Assembly (NCBI GenBank): GCA_951406725.2
Contig: OX597816.1
Span: forward strand, 69,192,001-69,256,000
Length of the DNA: 64,000 nucleotides
Source of the DNA: Octopus vulgaris
Lineage: Eukaryota
Direction: 5' to 3'
Both the position numbers and the translations under genes were made by a program. Each line of letters starts with the position of its first letter. Position 1 is the stretch's first letter. The notes beneath the pieces are model-generated. The model saw nothing but the letters and a program-made list of their open reading frames with translations, ran no database searches and was not told the DNA's origin. This document shows, in pieces, positions 27,322-41,703 of this stretch.

Positions 27322-27834
27322 ATGTCAGGTCACTTTCTAGTGCTACTGGTAACATGTAACCCAGTACAACCTGTTGCATGGTCGGGTCGTCGGCGACTAA
27401 ACCAGCAACCCCACCAAGGAATGAAAAACAAAACCCGTCAAAGGGCGGAGGAACTCTTGAGAGTCAACGGCCATCCAATAAATGTCTTAAGGCTGTACCA
27501 TGCGCGGGGACATAGAAATAATCGGACTGAATACCAGATCATGCGGTTAAACTATTGGGAATGAAGGACTCCTAGCCTTTGTTAGGGCATTCTTCTAGAA
27601 GGTAACTCAGGTAACTGGGATAACACTGACATAAAACCTGCAGCTCAGTGGTTACCGATGATGTTGAATTGTTTTTTCTTTTCGGATTATGGCTGTTGTT
27701 GCTTAGTAAGTGGGATTGACTCAGTGCACAGCCTTTCCTCACTTAAAAAATATCTTATTGCACAGGCATTACGCGATAACAGCATGGATTAAGCTTCGTG
27801 CAATGGCCATACTCGATAACGAGGGGACAGCCAC
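27322..27834 (+). mobile_element. Probable non-autonomous RTE-related retroelement with (TATG)n tail
   Basis: GC-richer 510-bp unit between TATG tracts; CCCGTCAAAGGGCGGAGGA resembles RTE 5' UTR motifs; no ORF. Confidence 0.5.
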
Positions 27835-28386
27835 TATGTATGTATGTATGTATGTATGTATGTATGTATGTATGTAGCGGTTTCGTAAAGTAAAATGGTA
27901 GAATAAGTACCGGAGTCACGAAATAAGTACTGGTATTGATTTGCTTGACTAAATTCTTTAGAGCATTGCCTCAAAATGACCACAGTGAGTAAGGAGAAGC
28001 AATCTAATGATAAAAAAATATATTTGCTATGTTTTGTATATTTATTGAGCTTCAAATCATCGTGCCTGATGCTAAGTATGTGCTTGGTAATATATGTGTG
28101 CTGTTTATAGATAACATCATGACTGAAACATCGTCGCCTCTGTTTTGTAATACCTATATATATTTAGACATATAGATTTGTAGATAAAGATATAACTACG
28201 TACAAGATTTCATTCATTGATAAATGGAAAAACTGATATATAAAGAAGTCGACAAAAATATGCTTATGAACATGTGTGTATAAGTGTGGGCCTAATGTAA
28301 ATCTATCTAGCTATCTCTCTCTCTATATATATATATGGAGCACCGCTTTATATATATATGCATATACATATATATATAAAGCGGTG

Positions 28387-28675
28387 CTCCATCGGTTACG
28401 ACGTAGAGGGTGAGTACCAGTTGATGCGATCAGTGGAATAGCCTGCTCGTAAAATTAATGTGCAATTGGCTCAGTACTCCACAAACACGTTTACTCTTAA
28501 TGTAGTTCTCGGAACGATTCAGTGCGACACAGAATGTGAGGAGGCTGGCCTTTTGAAATAGATGTACTACACATTTTTAGCAGCTGAGTGGACTGGAGCA
28601 ACGAAAAATAAAACGTCTTGCCCAAGGAATTGAACTCATGATCTTACGATCGTGTTCCGGATACCCTTACTAACT

Positions 28676-28676
<1 letters not shown>
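28387..28676 (-). mobile_element. SINE family D (CORE-like TTGGGCAAGAC...TGCTCCAGTCCACTCAGCTG)
   Basis: Related decayed pieces at about 545-680, 33140-33290 and 42020-42168. Confidence 0.65.
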
Positions 28677-28710
<34 letters not shown>

Positions 28711-28719
28711 GTTTATACT

Positions 28720-29100
28720 CTTTTATTCTATGACTTCCTTCAGTATCAGTATTTTTGACTACGGCCATGCTGGAGCACCGCTTTAATGTTTTCTTCGAAC
28801 AAATCCACCTCACAGTTTATCATTTTAATATTTTAATGCTAGTATTTTTCTCTTGGGCTCTTCTGCCGAACAGCTAGGTTATGAGGTACGTAAACGCACC
28901 GACACCGTTTGTCAAACTGTGATGGGGGACAAACACAGACATAAAGACACTCACACACACAGTCATATACATCTATATATGTACGACATGTTTCTTTCAG
29001 TTTCTGTCTAACTAATCCAATTTGGACTATAGTCATGACTATAGTAGAAGGTTTGCACAAGGTGCCACTCTGTGGGATGAACACAAAACCATGTTGGTGG
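28720..29100 (-). mobile_element. SINE family A, diverged
   Basis: CGGCCATGCTGGAGCACCGC and CAAGGTGCCAC match the reverse complement of family A. Confidence 0.75.
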
Positions 29101-29128
29101 AAAGTACACATAGATAGGGGAAAGGTAA

Positions 29129-29171
<43 letters not shown>

Positions 29172-29807
29172 CATACAGAGAGAGATAGTGAGAGAGAGAA
29201 GGGAGGCAATTTTCCTCCGACGCTAAAATAGTCAGAAGTGTTATTTCTGTTTTTTAAGATTGAATCTCGCAGAAAGAACTCAATAACCAGAAGGTGGTAT
29301 TAAATTTTCCAGCAAACCATGTCATTTTTCTCTTCCAAAAAATAGGAATTCTTCTCTAGTGCATTTGAACAGTTCCCACCTTCCAAATTATATACAGATG
29401 GCATTTGTCTACTGAAGGTATACTGGAACACAGTTGCCAAAAAATCCATCCTTTTGAATGGTACACAAAAATGTAATTTTGAAGCGGAAATTTTAGCGAT
29501 AACAACAATACTAGCGTTTATGTAGTGTTTCAGAGCAAACTTGATGTCAGCACAGTCTCGTACTTCTTATATCCTGATGTTCATGTAACTAGCATAAAAA
29601 TAATGTCGGTTAATGCTATATTTTAGAGGATTTCATTCATCACAAATTCAAATTAAACTTATGTTGCTTCTTATCCTTAAGACGTAAATTTTAAATTACA
29701 GACCACTGTATACCCACAACTGCAGCATTGAAAATACATCGACGGAAGCTCAAAAGCAGTTTTCATTTTCTGCAGTTTACAATATAGATTATTAACAAGT
29801 TTATTTT

Positions 29808-29872
29808 GCAGCAGGGAGCAGGATACAAGGAACAGGGAGCAAGAAACAGGGAGCAAAGAGCAGGAAACAGGG
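29808..29872. repeat. Degenerate 7-mer tandem repeat (CAGGGAG/CAGGAAA)
   Basis: About nine imperfect units visible. Confidence 0.7.
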
Positions 29873-30927
29873 GTCAAAATCGATTAAGATTTTGTATTTT
29901 AACAATTCCAGAATGAGGTAAACTGAATGGGTCACACATCCAACAAGATATCGTGTCATTATTACTCACTTTTCAAATCGTTCTAGGCAGAAATCTAGCT
30001 GTTTGAGGAAATTTTTGCCTATTATTCTCCCAAGTTGGTGAAAATAAATACCAATCAGATAGTGGTGCCGTTATATTCAGTGATATTATCCACTGAAATG
30101 CGTTACTCAGTGCATATGTGAGAATCATTAATTTTATTTGTCAATGTTTACTACTCTTAATCTCTCCCCCCCCTTCTCTCTCTCTCTTCTCTCTCATTCT
30201 CTTTTCGCTCATAACCACCAGAGGCAATCATCTCAAACGATTTTATTACTTGAGAGAAGAATCAATAAAGATTTTCAATTTTCGATATTATTTGTACTTG
30301 AGAATTTTAATAATAGCCTTATCCATTTCCGAATCACAATTAACAACTTGGTTGGTTACTTTGTACACTAACGAATATGTTATTCGTTAAGTTTTGAGAT
30401 AGCCCTCGCTAACTAGATTTTCTTTTAAATATTTTCATTTGTGGGTGCGGGGTGGGTGTCTTGTTTATGTGGAAGGAGTAGTTTCTGTGTGTTTCAGATA
30501 AAATATTTTGGTGATTTTTGACACAAGTTAAATTTGAAATAATGAATAAATGAAGTTTAAGAGCGAAAACGAAGACTAATCAGATATGGCGGAGGAACAA
30601 CAATACAGCCAACTATGCTTATATAGCAAACGTACACACATATATATCCTGTTTTACACGCATTCACATACCAATACATACATACATAGCAATACATACA
30701 TACATAGCAATACATACATACATACATATAAATATATATATAGTAATCAAAGGGATGTGAGTTCAAGTCTCATAGCTGGTTGCTGACACATCTTTCCGCT
30801 TCGTATCGATATTTTATTCTGTCTCTGCTGTTCTATCAGCGTTTGTGCGTTTGAAAATAAAGTATTATTATTTGTATCCCTCAATACACATTTCAGTTTT
30901 CCAAGGCAAACATTGATTCGTTTAGAT

Positions 30928-31240
30928 ATCACGTGATCAAGTGACCGACCAGGCTATCAGATGTTGTTACACGTCGCTGGTCACAATGCGCTTCGCATTG
31001 TTTTAGCCTTCAAATGACGCCACCCCGCTGGCTAAGCGAGCAGGCCAAGACAAGAAGGAGTGAGAGAAAGTTGCGACGAAAGAGTACAGCAGGGATCGCC
31101 ACCATCCCCTGCCGGGGCCTTGTGGGGCTTTAGGTGATTTCGCTCAATAAAAACTCACAACACCCGGTCTGGGAATCGAAACCGCGATCGTAAGACCGCG
31201 AGTCCGCTGCCCTAACCACTGGGCCATTGCGCCTCCACTC
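30928..31240 (-). mobile_element. tRNA-derived SINE family C
   Basis: Head GGCGCAATGGCCCAGTGGTTAGGGCAGCGGACTCGCGG, B-box GGTTTCGATTCC; second copy at 37081. Confidence 0.85.
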
Positions 31241-31246
31241 GTTTAG

Positions 31247-31752
<506 letters not shown>

Positions 31753-31757
<5 letters not shown>

Positions 31758-31968
31758 CACATAAGAGATAGCTATGATAGGACATCTGACTCACTAGAAA
31801 GAGCAGTTAAACTCCAAACCGCTAATAGTTGTAATTCTGAAATGGAAAGAGAAATAAAAAAAAATATTTGTCTTTCCATTTCAGAATTACAACTATTAGT
31901 GGTTTGGAGTTTAACTGCTCTTTCTAGTGAGTCAGATGTCCTATTATGGCCATCTCTTATGTGTTTAA
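31753..31968. repeat. Inverted repeat with 104-bp arms, A8 loop and 5 mismatches
   Basis: Arms 31753-31856 and 31865-31968. Confidence 0.92.
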
Positions 31969-32109
31969 ATGTATATTATATAGTCTATTGGCTATTTTTC
32001 TTTCTCGCTAGACCATTGGTAGCAGAGAATTTTTTTGCTACCCTAAAATTTATTCATATATATATATATATACATATATATAATTTAAATGAAGCCTCAT
32101 TAAGTGTGT

Positions 32110-32450
32110 TGGAAAGTGGGCACCCTCTACACGTCTTGCCATTCACGACTTTTGTCCGGCTTATTGTCAATGAACGACTGCATTATTCTTTTGACGTAAA
32201 ATTTCTAATGGTAGTGCTTCAAAATGTAATGGACTCTTGAATTTGATATTTCTGTCGCACGACCGGTTTGACTCAGATTTTCTTGAAATCTGGCATTATG
32301 TTTCGCGTACACTTTCTTGCTTTGTGGTGTTCGTCGATGTCCACGCTTTTCAGAAACGATTCTTAGGGACATTCTCAACAGTTTCATCTGTTTCAAACTT
32401 ATCTCTAATTCGACTGGTGGTATGTTGCGTAGGGGAATTTGCTTGAAACT
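32110..32450 (-). mobile_element. Decayed Tc1/mariner-type transposase N-terminus
   Basis: PTQHTTSRIRDKFETDETVENV...TEISNSRVHYILK resembles an HTH region. Confidence 0.55.
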
Positions 32451-33879
32451 CCCCCTTAAACTGCCATTTCATTTAGACTACGCTTTGAAGGTTAATGTGG
32501 CATTTTAAGATTAATTCCCCCTGTTTAGATCTTAGTTTGGCTCTCTTCCTTATTTCTAGTGAGTTGAATTGTTAAATACTGTATACATTAATAGGAAAAC
32601 ATGCATAAACTGTACACACACACACAAGCGCGTGGACGCACACTCATACACACACAAATAGATAAAGTCTTGTACAATGGTATATATGTGTGTGCTTCGT
32701 GTATACATTATATGTGTGTTTATACTTATATAATATGTATGCATAGGCTCCGTTTTAGGCTTCCTGCAATCATGAGTTTCTGATGTGAATCCAGTATGTG
32801 GCATAATTATTAAACATCTTCTATTACAGCCTCATTTCAACCAAGGTGTAAAGGTGAAATCGGGAAACAGAAGAGAAAGCAGTCAGATGAATTCTCCACG
32901 TCAAATGTCCACGTTCGTCACTCACATGTAATACATGTGAAACGGGCGTGTATCTGCTTAAGCACAGATGCTCCGAATGAGTAAGACGTTTGCTTTGTAA
33001 CCACGGGATCTCGAATTTGATTCTTACCACGAAGTATCCTGCTGCTTATGTTGACGTATAATTTGTGAGTGACAATACAATGAGTAAACGAAAACTGTAG
33101 AGAATCCCGTTATTGATGTATTATATTTATAACTCAAGAAATTGCGTCATACAGTGTGGCATTGATTCTCACTGAGAAAAGTACACGTAGACTGTGGAAT
33201 ATTCAGACACTTACACGTTAATTATATGAACAAGTAATTCAGAAATACAAAATACCAGAATGCTTATCGCTGAACGACGGAGATCCAACACAGTCACAGG
33301 TATCTGTGAATTAATCAACAAAAGTCTAAAACTAATTTACTGAGTAGATCATTAGGTAGGCCCCTCTCCAAACTTTACCTCCATACCTCTTTCTCAGCGG
33401 GAGAGTCATTTGTCAATTATGAAAACGTTTGAATGAAAATAGAAGCATTGTCTAATTGAATGTGTACTCTTATACGATAACAACAATGTTTAGACGTTGA
33501 TCTTGAGTTACACAGGCAGGATGTACAAATTTCAATGCATTATACACAGGCGCACGGCAGGTGAAGCTTGGCAATACAATTTATTTCAAAGCAGTGACAT
33601 ATTTAATCAATGAGAGAGTATAACAATTCAGTAAGAGGTCGGTGCTATGATTTATATCAATTTAAATTAATCGAGCGCAAAGGGAAAAATATTTTTATCA
33701 GTTTCCAGGCACAAAATTCACTCGCGAGGCATTGATTCGCCCGGAGCTAAAGAAGAAGACACTTGCCTAACATGCTGTACATTGGAGCTGATACCGAAAT
33801 TACGTGGCTGCAAACCGATTTTCTTAAGAGATACAGCCATTCCTGTACATTTGGAACAATTCCTTAAAATTATTTCACA

Positions 33880-34290
33880 GCATAGGAGTGGCTAAGTGGT
33901 AAGTAGCTTGCTGACCAGCCACATGGTACCGGGTTCAGTCCCACTGCGTGGCACCTTGGGCAAGTGTCTTCTACTATAGCCTCGGTCCAACCAAAGCCTT
34001 GTCAGTGGATTTGGTAGACGGAAACTGAAAGAATCCCGTCGCATGTATGTATATATATGTGTGTGTATAAGTTTGTGTGTCTGTGTTTGTCCCCCCAACA
34101 TCACTTGACAACCGATGCTGGTGTGTTTACGTCCCCGTAACATAGCGGTTCGGCAAAAGAAACCGATAGAATACGTACTAGGCTTACAGAGAATAAGTCC
34201 TGGGGTCGATTTCCCCCGGCTAAAGGCGGTGCTCCAGCAAGGCCACACTCAAATGACTGAAACAAGTCAAAGAGTAAAAGAGTAAAAGAG
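33880..34290 (+). mobile_element. SINE family A, full length; a diverged minus-strand copy lies at about 33695-33846
   Basis: Matches the 1082 and 9776 copies. Confidence 0.88.
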
Positions 34291-37080
34291 CATATGAAAG
34301 CTTTTGTGTGAGTTTTGGCACGCTGCACCTTCATTTAACTAAAACGACAGTTTCGCATTTCACATAACTGGCTAATTTATAAATCTTTATTTAACGAGCA
34401 GAAAGGTAAACACGTCATTTTATGAGCTGCTCAGAAGTAATAATAATTTAAGTGGAACAGGTATGCTTACAGTATTCACATTGGGAAAGTAGGTCAAGAT
34501 ACTCAAATACAGGCACAAGAGTAGATATATACATGCATATGGTTATGCGTATGTGTGCGTGTGTGTGTGTATGTCTGTATATAATACGTATCTAGAAGAA
34601 AGGAGAAAATAATAAATACAATTATCTTATGAAGTCCAAAAGGTATTGGTTTGTTTCTTTATCATTTTCTTATTACCGCTCTCTAGGCAACACACATATA
34701 TATCATTCACACACACACACACAAACATGTTTATATGCATATATACAAAATATCATATAAATATGTATATGTATATATATATGTATATGTATGTGTGTAT
34801 ATATATATATGTGTGTGTGTATGTGTGTGTGTCTATATACGCATATATATATATATATACGCATATATGAGTGTGCGTGTGTGTGTATAAGCACATATGT
34901 ACATGTACACACGGACACACACATATGCAAACACAATCATACACTCGCACACACACGCGCACACAATATTGAGAGCTACATAAAAAAGTGAAAGTAATAC
35001 GATATAAATGTAGAGAGAAAGAATGCGAGATTGATAGAGCTTTTGAAAATAGATAGGGATGGAAGGTGAGAGAGAAAATGTGAGAAAGACAGAATGAGAG
35101 GATGAGAGAGAGAGAGAGAAAGAAAGAGAGAGAGAGATGGAGAGAGAGAGAGACCAATGGAGTTAGAGGGATTAAGAACGTGTAAAGAGTGAAAAATAAA
35201 TTAAAAATGATGTGAGAATGCAGTCTGAAGTATACAAATTCGATAAATGCTCTGATAATGGTAATGAAGAAATAAACTAGGCGACTAATTTCTGAAGTGT
35301 TTCTATTAAAATATAAAATGATTGAATGTTAATTAAATCGTTAATAAAATGTTCTTTTGAAGATTTTTCACCTAACTTCTAATAAATTCACTTACCACGT
35401 ATTACACCTACACACACCATATGTGCGGACTTAATAAATATATGGATGTATAAATTTATATAAACCTATACATGAGTGTGTGTTTGTGCGTGTTTATATA
35501 TGAATACACATTCACACACTCATATATAGACGCACATTCACGCCCAAGAGATACACACGCGCGCGTGCGCATGCTCATATTACATGTTGTTATATGTATG
35601 TTATTTTAGAGTAGAGTAGGACGATATAGGTTCACATTTGGGTCTGTTTGCATGTGTGTGTGTGTGTGAGTATGTGTGAAAGAAAGAGTGAGTGTGTATG
35701 TGTGTGTATGTGTGTAGCGGAGTGGCATCCTTCAAATGGATACAAAGCGCATTGTGACTAGCGATGTAAAAAAATCCGATCATCTGGTCGATGCCAAGGT
35801 ACATATATATACACATCATTTACATACGTACACACGTACACACACACACACACACATATATACATCGAGGAGTGAGCGTTTACTTTACATATAATTTAAG
35901 ACATAAACATCTACAAACATACCTCCGTTAATTTGGAGAGAAAGTAAAGGAAGATTAATGACCATAAATAGGTAATTATTAACTTCATTTTATTTCCATC
36001 GTGTTCATCAAATATTTTCCAAAATATTTGATCTTGTCAGAGTTGAAGTAGATGCTGAAATATACTCGGAGTATGAAGATGGAGGTAAAAAATGCAATAG
36101 AAAAATTTAAAAATTATAGAAAGAATAAAAGAAAATCTCTATAATTCGGTAAGATAAAAAAGTTGGAATTAATCATCAGTTTTTAACTAGTTTCCATAGA
36201 TATTTATTGATTAAACAGATCAATATATCAGTTTTCTTTAGCTTAAGCTTTTAAGAAATATCTTCACACACACACACATATATATATATAACCTATGTAT
36301 CTTTTTTATAACGCATACATGTATGTGAGCGAATAAGATAAAGTTATATAATATAAATGTGTGTGTGTGTGCGCGCGTGAGTGGAGAGAAAGAGAGAGAA
36401 AGGAGAGAGAGAAAGGGAGCGAGAGAGTGAGAAAATAACTTAGAGAGACAGATAATTAGGGAGGGGTATATGACATTGGTAATTTTTTTATAGCTAGTTA
36501 TAGCTACTTAACATCTTCAAATTACTCCATTAACATGTTCCAATATATATATATATATATATAAATCCGTGATTAAATCCTGTAATATAATCATTACGTG
36601 GTGTTGTCCGTTGTACTAAAGATGCAATGGATATTGCTAGATCACATATGGTCAAAGGTCTGTTACATTTATTTCTGATCTGCAACAAAACAACAACAAA
36701 TGGAGTTGGGAGAACAATAAACTGCCAGACTATATTTTGGTGAAACTATACTTAAGGTGACACGAATAAGGAAATACATGCTATTAAATGATCTAGTTTC
36801 ATATTCGACCGCGGCACCTAGATGTTAAACAGGTTTTTGAACTGGGCCAATACAGGTTTAAGGCTTAGACTTAGATGTGCCACGTGGATTGAATCATCCC
36901 ACTCATCCTTTGTCACGGTGCACCCTAATATTAATCACAAACATAGTAGAGGCTTTTGGAATGAGATGCAAAGTAGCAAAAACTCGCCTTCCCTCTTAAT
37001 AATCGCTCCTCTCTCTGACTCACTCTCTCCTTCAATATGTATATATATATGTGTGTATATATATATATTTATGTACGTGT

Positions 37081-37382
37081 GTGGAGGCGCAATAGCCCAG
37101 TGGTTAGGGCAGCGGACTCGCGGTCGTAGGATCGCGGTTTCGATTTTTAGACCGGGCGTTGTGTGTGTTTATTGAGCGAAAACACCTAAAGCTCCCTGAG
37201 GCTCCGGCAGGTGGTTGTGGCGACCCCTGCTGTACTCTTTCGCCCCAACTTTCTCTCATTCTTTTTTTCTGTTGGCCTGCTCCCTTAGCCAGCGGGGTGG
37301 CGTCATTTGAAGGCTAAAACAATGCGAAGCGTATTGTGACCAGCGATGTGTAGCAACATCTGATAGTCTGGTCGGTCACGTG

Positions 37383-37390
<8 letters not shown>
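37081..37390 (+). mobile_element. SINE family C
   Basis: Colinear with the reverse complement of 30928-31240; ends in CACGTGA followed by (TA)n. Confidence 0.85.
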
Positions 37391-37432
<42 letters not shown>

Positions 37433-40400
37433 GCATATATATTCTGTATTCAGTATGCACAAAAAGATTTTAAATTAAACGCCATATAAAAGGAATTACA
37501 ATAAATAATGAGCTACAATACATCTTATGGAAAATATATATAATGCCTGAGCGCAGAAAACAGTATTTGAAAGCTCTTAACTTCGGTTCTTGTCAGCATG
37601 AGAAGGATCAATGCATGAATTTTTTCGTCTTCTAACAAAATAACATTATTGAAAATATTTCAATGTACAGAACTCATTGTTGGAATGCATGCTTTGTCTT
37701 ATTAGATAGTTAAAATTGATCTTCCACAAGTAGATGAGTGATTTTTAAAATAGCTATAAAATGGAAAGGTTTGGTTTTATTTTTACGAAGCCGTATACAC
37801 ATTGTACATGTAAACTCCATTATTTGACTAACCGTTGTTAAATATATCATTATAACAAAGGCGAGGAGTCACATTATTTCATGTAAATTATAAACAATAT
37901 GTCCATTGTTTGATACATTCAACACAATAATAACTATGCAACATTTACAATAGAAAATATATAATAAGATATTATAATTCATAGGGGATGATATAGGAAT
38001 AAATTACTATAAACAAACTGTATCCTGGGAAACAGGAATTTCAATCTCTTGAAATACAGAACGTGAGTGTGTATTTGAATATGTTTAACGGTGTAAACTA
38101 ACTGATGTGCGGATATTTCCAGTTACGTAGAAGAGTAAAGTAATTATTCGACAAATGCGGTGGAAATAAAGAAAGCGGCAGACGGTATGAATGTTATGGT
38201 AGATATAATCTATTAAAAGTATTGGAGGTGATGCTACAGTATGGTCACGACAGTGGGTCAAACCAATAAAAGAATAAATGTTCAGGAAAAAATATTTTGT
38301 TCAGAAAGAAAGTCTTCATCGTAAAGTAGCAGAATCTATGAACATATCTCGAGAAGTACCAAGTGAAAATGTAAAATATTGTCGACTGCGTTGACGAGCA
38401 CATGAACAATTTTCGGAAAGAATCCTGTGCGGTAATATGACGATGATGTTGGTAGTGGATTTTTATCGCTCGATAAGAGGATTCCGATATTTGTCTAATT
38501 GAATTACCTGCGCCTGCGGCAACGTTTATGTGGCTAGGCATCCCACATATACGTATGCACTTAACGCAATTCGTAGATGGAATCAGCATGATAGGTTGTT
38601 ACGTGATAGTCTCTTACCTTTCGTATTGCAGGTACAATCCCTTCTAAGATCCCTTTATACACATTCGGCATAATTAATGTCATTCACAATGTATCAGCAC
38701 AAGCTCATTAAAATTAACACATTGAGATCGAACCCGAAGCATACATTTTAATAATTCGGTCATATCGCACCTACAAGATCCGGCATGAATCAGAAGTAAA
38801 CGAAATTTCTCTGATGAATTACTATTTCTTTCCAAGTTGATCTCGGCTCTGCAGACATCAATCGACGCTAAAGAATTTTTCGGAACCGTGTGTTTTCAGG
38901 TTCGATTACTTTGCACGACACAAGTCTCTTCTAGCATAACTTCCAGTCGATCAAACAAATCCACTCTCATGAAATTTAATTGATTTCAACACTCGTCGGA
39001 CGAAGATTTGTTGGTCTTGTAGAGTAAATACAGTATATCCTGCAAACAGTTTCATACAATGAAGTAACTGTCAGAGGTTGAGCAGGGCCATACCAGATTT
39101 TATTATGACTCTTTTTCCCTACTCTAAATTTTGCAGGCTTTTTGTCATGTCACATCTTCGTCATTCCTTGTCTTAGGCACAAGAACTCCGTCAATTTTTC
39201 GCGTAACCATAATATTTTACTCGGAAATTTGTGAAGTTAAATTAAAGAATCTTTTCAACCGTTGTATGTCAACGATTGTAGGAAAGATATGAACAATTGG
39301 TGAATTCCATGAGGCCGAAGTTTTTAGATCGACACTGTATTTCATATTGCGAAGAAGCTATTAATATAATATATTGCTAAATCAACTTAATGTTATTTAC
39401 ACTATAACTCGTTCAATATATATGTCAGCCACTATATGTCTCTTTAATTCTCTTTCTCTCTGTCTATCTCTGTTCCCCCTCTCTCCCTCACTTTCTGGTT
39501 CTCTGCCTTCTTCTGTCGATCTGACGTAGAAGATTATTTTATTTACAACCTTAGCGGGGAACTCCGTTTAATTGCACAGCAGTACTCTTCCAATATAATT
39601 TCGTTGACAAGAGAAATTTTGAGGGTCAACATTCTAGACTGCAGAACTATAGAACAAAAATGATTAATGTGTATATGGTCTCATTTTCAAATTGACGCAC
39701 ACCTAATGTCATATATTGTAGAGAAGTGAGAGCTTGGATTGTATGACCTTCATTCTCATCACACGATCATTAAATGAAGTGCAGCTCTTGTTATGGGAAA
39801 TTGAAGTGAACGGTACTTAAAACCATGTAACAGTTGTCTTTTCGCAGAAGAGAAAACTAACATTGCAGTGTTATTTCATTCGTGTCAATTGCTTGACCTC
39901 TCTCTAATCTGAATTGGCAAGTTTTATCCAGTTCACATAGTTATTCGAAATGAAGAAATCTATTCAATAATTAGATTTGCCGCCAGCTGGAATCCAAAGG
40001 TGTAGACTATCAAACGCATAGTACATCAAAGTGTGGAACTGAGTTGCATCCCGTTAAGGTCTGAGTTCTAATCTCATGTAGAACGTCTCTGCCTTTTAAT
40101 CTTCTGGTTTCGATAAAATAAATTGTCATTCAGTTACTACAGTCCGTATTACTAATTATTCCCGTTCCGAGAATGCTAATGTCATATGTCATAAATCATA
40201 TATACGCAAAGAAACCGAACGGTTAAGAAGATTGCTATACTATCTCGAAAACCTGGGTTCAATACAATCGTATAATATCTGAAAGAAGTGAATGTTTTTA
40301 ACATAACGTCATGCCGATGTAGGCCTTGTTTTTGAAGCTGGATAGAAGGAGACATTGTGGAATCGTGTCGGAAGGATTTTATTAGTATAATAAAGTAAAG

Positions 40401-40451
40401 ATTCAACCTCAACACATTTTGTCACACTTATTCGAACTGATGACTACGTTA

Positions 40452-40452
<1 letters not shown>

Positions 40453-40519
<67 letters not shown>

Positions 40520-40555
40520 TTAATGTTCAACCTAGAAGAATAGATAGATAGATAT

Positions 40556-40600
<45 letters not shown>

Positions 40601-40710
40601 CAGACAGATAAACAGATAGATGAATGGATAGATGGATGGATGGATGGATGGAGAGACAGATAAACAAATAGATTGATAGATAACAGATAGAAAGATTGAG
40701 AAATAAGAGA

Positions 40711-40742
<32 letters not shown>

Positions 40743-40762
40743 TAGATAGTTAGATAGATAGA
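40453..40762. repeat. (TA)n and compound (GATA)n/(GATG)n/(GACA)n microsatellite
   Basis: Directly visible. Confidence 0.95.
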
Positions 40763-41291
40763 TTCAGTTATTATTTGTGTGATGGTCGGTAGCAATATAC
40801 TATAGAATTTCTTATAGGTCAATTTCACACACTAATGATCCACCCAAGATGTTTCATCTACTTTATGTTCTCGTGAGACAAGTGGTATATTTTAAAAAAA
40901 TTACTTCACATTCCACGATCTTCAGACGCACATGAAAGAGTGATTATAAGAAACTCAATCTGCAATTGGAAAGTTCTTATGTTTTCTCAAACTGCGTGGG
41001 ATTTCCTTTAACTGTGTTGCATCGTAGCAAGTGTTTGATAATGTATCTGATTGACGAAGCATTCTGCATGGAATTTGCTGAATGAAACTCAGCCGAAGCC
41101 AGTCACACACACGCACACCCAAGCGCCAACCGCACCAACCCACCCCTACACCCCACCCACGCACACGCACACTCACAAACACACGCGCACATGTATTCAT
41201 GTATGTGTGTATGTATGCGCATGCATTTATATCTGTGTATGTGTGGGTATGCGTGTATGCGTGTATGCGTGTTCAAGAGTTGATTTCGTTG

Positions 41292-41507
41292 TTACTCTTT
41301 TACTTGTTTCAGTCAATTGACCGTGACCGTGCTGGAGCTCTGCGTTTAGTCGAGCAAATCGACCCCAGGACTTATTCTTTGTAAGTCTAGTACTTATTCT
41401 ATAGGTGTCTTTCGCGGAACCGCTAAGTTACGGGGACGTAAACACACCAGCATCGGTTCTCAAGCGATGTTGGGGGGACAAAAACAGACACACAAACATA
41501 CACACAC

Positions 41508-41541
<34 letters not shown>

Positions 41542-41703
41542 GCATATACACGACTGGCTTCTTTCAGTTTCCGTCTACCAAATCCACTCACAAGGCTTTG
41601 GTCGTCCCGAGGCTATAATAAAAGACACTTGCCCAAGGTACCACGCAGCGAGACTGAACCTGGAGCCATGTGATTGGTAAGCAAGTTACTTACCACACAG
41701 CCT
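41292..41703 (-). mobile_element. SINE family A, near full length
   Basis: Reverse complement of family A. Confidence 0.88.

Noticed and set aside
29300-29566. Open frame of about 88 codons on the minus strand
   Set aside because: No recognisable motif or splice context.
37081-37160. SINE heads as tRNA genes
   Set aside because: No complete cloverleaf; they continue into SINE bodies.
38100-38600. 114-aa minus-strand ORF
   Set aside because: No domain; the plus strand weakly resembles a decayed mariner N-terminus, too faint to call.
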